A stretch of 63,518 nucleotides of DNA, counting the filler. It is 5 parts of 5 records of this genome, joined end to end, with 100 filler letters (N's around TTAATTAATTAA, not from the genome) between each part and the next. Parts side by side here need not be neighbours in the genome. Positions count along the whole stretch, not along the records: positions 54,800 to 63,518 come from SRR31156797_30054; 4 more parts are not named here. One strand, written 5' to 3'. The notes beneath the pieces are model-generated. The model was not told the DNA's origin, did not search any database, and worked only from the letters and a program-made list of their open reading frames with translations. This document shows, piece by piece, positions 61,145 through 63,518 of the stretch. Within the stretch, counting starts at the first letter, position 1. Each line of letters begins with the position of its first letter. The position numbers and the translations under genes were made by a program.

Positions 61145-61491
61145 ATGAATCAGGGAGACATCTATCTTGTGAATCTGGACCCCACTGTACAAACCGAAAT
61201 CGGCAAGACCAGGCCGGAACTCATCATTTCGATAAATGCCATGAATCACAGCTCGCCCAGGTTGATTGTTGCTCCCATCACCTCCTCAACCGGCAAAGTA
61301 TATCCCTTTGAAATATTCATTCTCCGTGGTACAGGCGGGCTCGACAGGGATTCTAAGGTCATGCTCGACCAACTGAGAAGCCTAAAAAAAAACCGGTGAA
61401 AAAATTAGGCACACTTAACAATCAAACCCTGTCAAAGGCCTGCGCCATAGCCCGTCGGCTTATCTGGGTGGAACCTAAAAGATGCAATTAA
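61145..61491 (+). pseudogene. mazF: MazF/PemK toxin split by a frameshift at an A9 tract
   Basis: GDIYLVNLDP...EIGKTRP, VAPITS, DQLRS; -1 frame continues VKKLGTL...ARRLI to TAA 61491. Confidence 0.85.
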
Positions 61492-61509
61492 CGGAAGGAG
61501 GATTAACCC

Positions 61510-61632
61510 ATGGTCGGATTCGTGATCATCATGGCTACCGTAGCCTCAATGGCCATCGGCGCGGCCGTTTATTTTAAATATCCCCTTTCACCTTTGAGCT
61601 TCCTTCCATTAACGACAATAAGGAAAGCCTGA
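61510..61632 (+). CDS. 40-aa single-TM small protein whose stop lies in the boundary repeat
   Basis: AAGGAGG RBS; MVGFVIIMATVASMAIGAAVYFKY...RKA*. Confidence 0.5.
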   Translation: MVGFVIIMATVASMAIGAAVYFKYPLSPLSFLPLTTIRKA

Positions 61633-61641
61633 CCCTCCATT
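61611..61641 (+). repeat. Boundary repeat, copy C
   Basis: AACGACAATAAGGAAAGCCTGACCCTCCATT versus AACGACAACAAGCAAAGCCTGACCCCGTATT at copy B. Confidence 0.8.
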
Positions 61642-61645
61642 CCGT

Positions 61646-62995
61646 TTATCTTTTTATGGGCCAAAGCCCCGACTCCACCAGCGCCATCAACACCACAAAA
61701 TAGACCTGGTTCGCCGGAATCTGAAAATTAAAATCAAAAAACCCGTGAAAGGCCAGTGAACAAATCCCCGCCAGCGCCCCCACACTCACCAGCAGCCGAA
61801 ACCGCCCCACATCAAACCCCACCTTCCGTATGCGCCGAACCGCCCGAACAATAAAAAAGAAGAGCCCGAACACCAGGACCACCGCGCCTGCCCACCCCGT
61901 CTCAATGAGCAGCTGCAGGTAATCGTTGTGGGCATAATACGAACGTCGCCCCTCTCCCCGGTCCACATACACCAGCTCCACGACGGGATAATTTCCCAGG
62001 CCCACACCTGCGGGATAATCCTTCGCCATTTCCCATGAAGGCCCCCAGGTCTGCAGTCGGCCACCGTCAACACTTTCCATATCCATAAACCGATCAAGGA
62101 TCTTGTCAAACCCCACACTGGTTCCATATACGGTCACCAGCCCCACAAGTGCCAGAATCGCAAGCCGAAACCCCCAACGAAACCGTCCACTGGCCATGCG
62201 AAGCACACCCAAAAATGCGGCCATTCCCAGAAAACATCCCAGAACACCGGCCCGCGACCGTGAAAACAAAAGCGCCAGCACCATCAGCACCACCAGAATA
62301 AACCCCACCAGCTGCCGGCCCACATGCTCTTCAGCCATAAAGGCTTTAATTCCTTGCCCTTCTTCCCACTTTCCCTGGGCAAAAGTGACGCCCAACGCCA
62401 AGGGCCATACCATTTCCATAAATCCGGCAAAATGGTTTCGGTTGATGTACGTCCCCCGGGCACAACCTGCAGCACTGGCTGATTGCTCCGCCCACCAGAC
62501 CCCCAGATCCGGAAACAGGACCTGCAACAAGCCGTAAGCCATCTCAAAAATACCCAGCCCCATGAGCACCATCACCATTCTTTTGAAGGTTTTCCGATCC
62601 CGTCCAAAACTCACACACATCCAGAAAAAAAGTCCCAGACAAATCACAAATCCCCACCGGACAACAGCACGATATGCCGAATAGACCAAGGCATCCCCAG
62701 TCATGTCAATCCCAAGAATCTTACCCGCATCCTCCAGGAACTGCGCCCGGACCGGACTGATCCCTTCCAACAACCCCTGCGGCAATGGCACCACCTGCAA
62801 CAGCGACAACAACAGAAAAAAACCTAAAATCCCGGAAACCCACGGCCCCGGCCGCCACGTAAGCCCGCCCTGCCACATGCAAACCCCAAACCCCAGAATC
62901 ATCAGCAGCGCATAAAACGACATAATCCAGGGTTGCGCCGCACCAAACAGAAGCGCCACCGTCCCGATAACCAAATAAACAATTCCTTTGACCAT
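61646..62995 (-). CDS. O-antigen ligase / Wzy_C family membrane protein
   Basis: GTYINRNHFAG, SRSRAG, GVGLGNY, AHNDYLQLLIETG, HGFFDFNFQIPAN. Confidence 0.9.
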   Translation of the reverse strand: MVKGIVYLVIGTVALLFGAAQPWIMSFYALLMILGFGVCMWQGGLTWRPGPWVSGILGFFLLLSLLQVVPLPQGLLEGISPVRAQFLEDAGKILGIDMTGDALVYSAYRAVVRWGFVICLGLFFWMCVSFGRDRKTFKRMVMVLMGLGIFEMAYGLLQVLFPDLGVWWAEQSASAAGCARGTYINRNHFAGFMEMVWPLALGVTFAQGKWEEGQGIKAFMAEEHVGRQLVGFILVVLMVLALLFSRSRAGVLGCFLGMAAFLGVLRMASGRFRWGFRLAILALVGLVTVYGTSVGFDKILDRFMDMESVDGGRLQTWGPSWEMAKDYPAGVGLGNYPVVELVYVDRGEGRRSYYAHNDYLQLLIETGWAGAVVLVFGLFFFIVRAVRRIRKVGFDVGRFRLLVSVGALAGICSLAFHGFFDFNFQIPANQVYFVVLMALVESGLWPIKR

Positions 62996-63012
62996 TTGTC
63001 ACCCTTATAAAA

Positions 63013-63127
63013 CTCGCGCCCCAGTGAAATCCGCTTCGCTCATCACTGACGTGAATTTCACGGGGCAAGCAGAGACGCTAAGAAAAAAAGAATTCATTTT
63101 CTCTGCGCCTTTGCGACTCTGCGCGAG
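63013..63127. repeat. Composite hairpin: CGCAGAG-type repeat with nested GTGAAAT...ATTTCAC element
   Basis: CTCGCGC[CCCAGTGAAAT...ATTTCACGGGGCAAGC]AGAGACGCTAAG ... CTTTGCGACTCTGCGCGAG. Confidence 0.8.
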
Positions 63128-63516
63128 AATAACAGTCCCCAAACAACGGTTCCGCACAACACCCCACACAAATTCGCAAAAATATCCACCGGATTAAAGG
63201 TCCGGTAAGGCAAATAGTATTGCAAAAACTCAATCCCCACCCCCAAAACCGGCACAGAAACCAGCAACATGAACTTCTTCAGGCGGGACATCCCCCTGCC
63301 GGCACCGATGGCTAAAAGTATCATCACCCCAAAACCCGCAAAATGAAACACCTTATCCAGGCCAACGGACGCCACCACGACGGTTTCCGCTTTGGACCCG
63401 TGCGGCACAATCCCTGCGATAACCACTCCCACAACAGAAAGTGCCATCAAACGCCTTGACCATATAACGGTTTTATGACTCGCCAAATACATGAATAACC
63501 TAAAACCTCGCGCCAA
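63094..63516 (-). CDS. VanZ-family membrane protein (start uncertain)
   Basis: DKVFHFAGF, IEFLQYYLPYRTF...DIFAN..G. Confidence 0.85.
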   Translation of the reverse strand: MARGFRLFMYLASHKTVIWSRRLMALSVVGVVIAGIVPHGSKAETVVVASVGLDKVFHFAGFGVMILLAIGAGRGMSRLKKFMLLVSVPVLGVGIEFLQYYLPYRTFNPVDIFANLCGVLCGTVVWGLLFSRRVAKAQRK

Positions 63517-63518
63517 GA

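Noticed and set aside
56985-61645. Classical integron cassette array
   Set aside because: No RYYYAAC...GTTRRRY attC hairpins seen after the stop codons and no IntI in the window; not formally tested with a covariance model
57598-63127. CRISPR array interpretation of the contig 5 repeats
   Set aside because: Copies are separated by whole genes at irregular distances; no constant-length spacers and no cas genes

Overview
The window is not one locus. It is five unrelated contigs joined by 100-nt artificial linkers (N-run + TTAATTAATTAA + N-run) at 15565-15664, 33441-33540, 43110-43209 and 54700-54799. (1) 1-15564 is a Methanosarcinaceae-type methanogen: dnaK(3' end)-dnaJ-trkA-trkH, a methyltransferase, geranylgeranyl reductase plus ferredoxin, cofC/cofH/cofG, a CrtI-like reductase, an Lrp regulator, two hypotheticals and fpoABCD(5' end). 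(2) 15665-33440 is Vibrio-like: maoP, nagB, a Sel1 protein, malM-lamB, glgX, a stand-alone NIT-like gene with a full sigma54/IHF/NtrC-like promoter, and the distal end of a T6SS (clpV-vasH-vasI-tssA-tssM). (3) 33541-43109 is a high-GC, alphaproteobacterium-like catabolic cluster (AOR, SDR, enoyl-CoA hydratase, CoA transferase, Gfo/Idh/MocA, aldo/keto reductase, 2-hydroxyacid dehydrogenase) with a lower-GC gene between duplicated hairpins. (4) 43210-54699 is Desulfobacterota-like and carries a eukaryote-style bifunctional 6-phosphofructo-2-kinase/fructose-2,6-bisphosphatase 2.6 kb from a class I FBPase, plus thiL-thiM and a DUF2325 gene. (5) 54800-63518 is Desulfobacterota-like: an S41 protease, then an accessory strip of four toxin-antitoxin modules whose toxins all look damaged, two small membrane peptides and a beta-CASP MBL gene. 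The strip is punctuated by a recurring CAAYAAGNAAAGCC(TGACCC) site and nested hairpin repeats, and ends in O-antigen-ligase and VanZ genes. The best candidates for something new are the bacterial Fru-2,6-P2 module and the repeat-delimited cassette array. Taxonomy and family calls come from motif recognition only; no searches were run.
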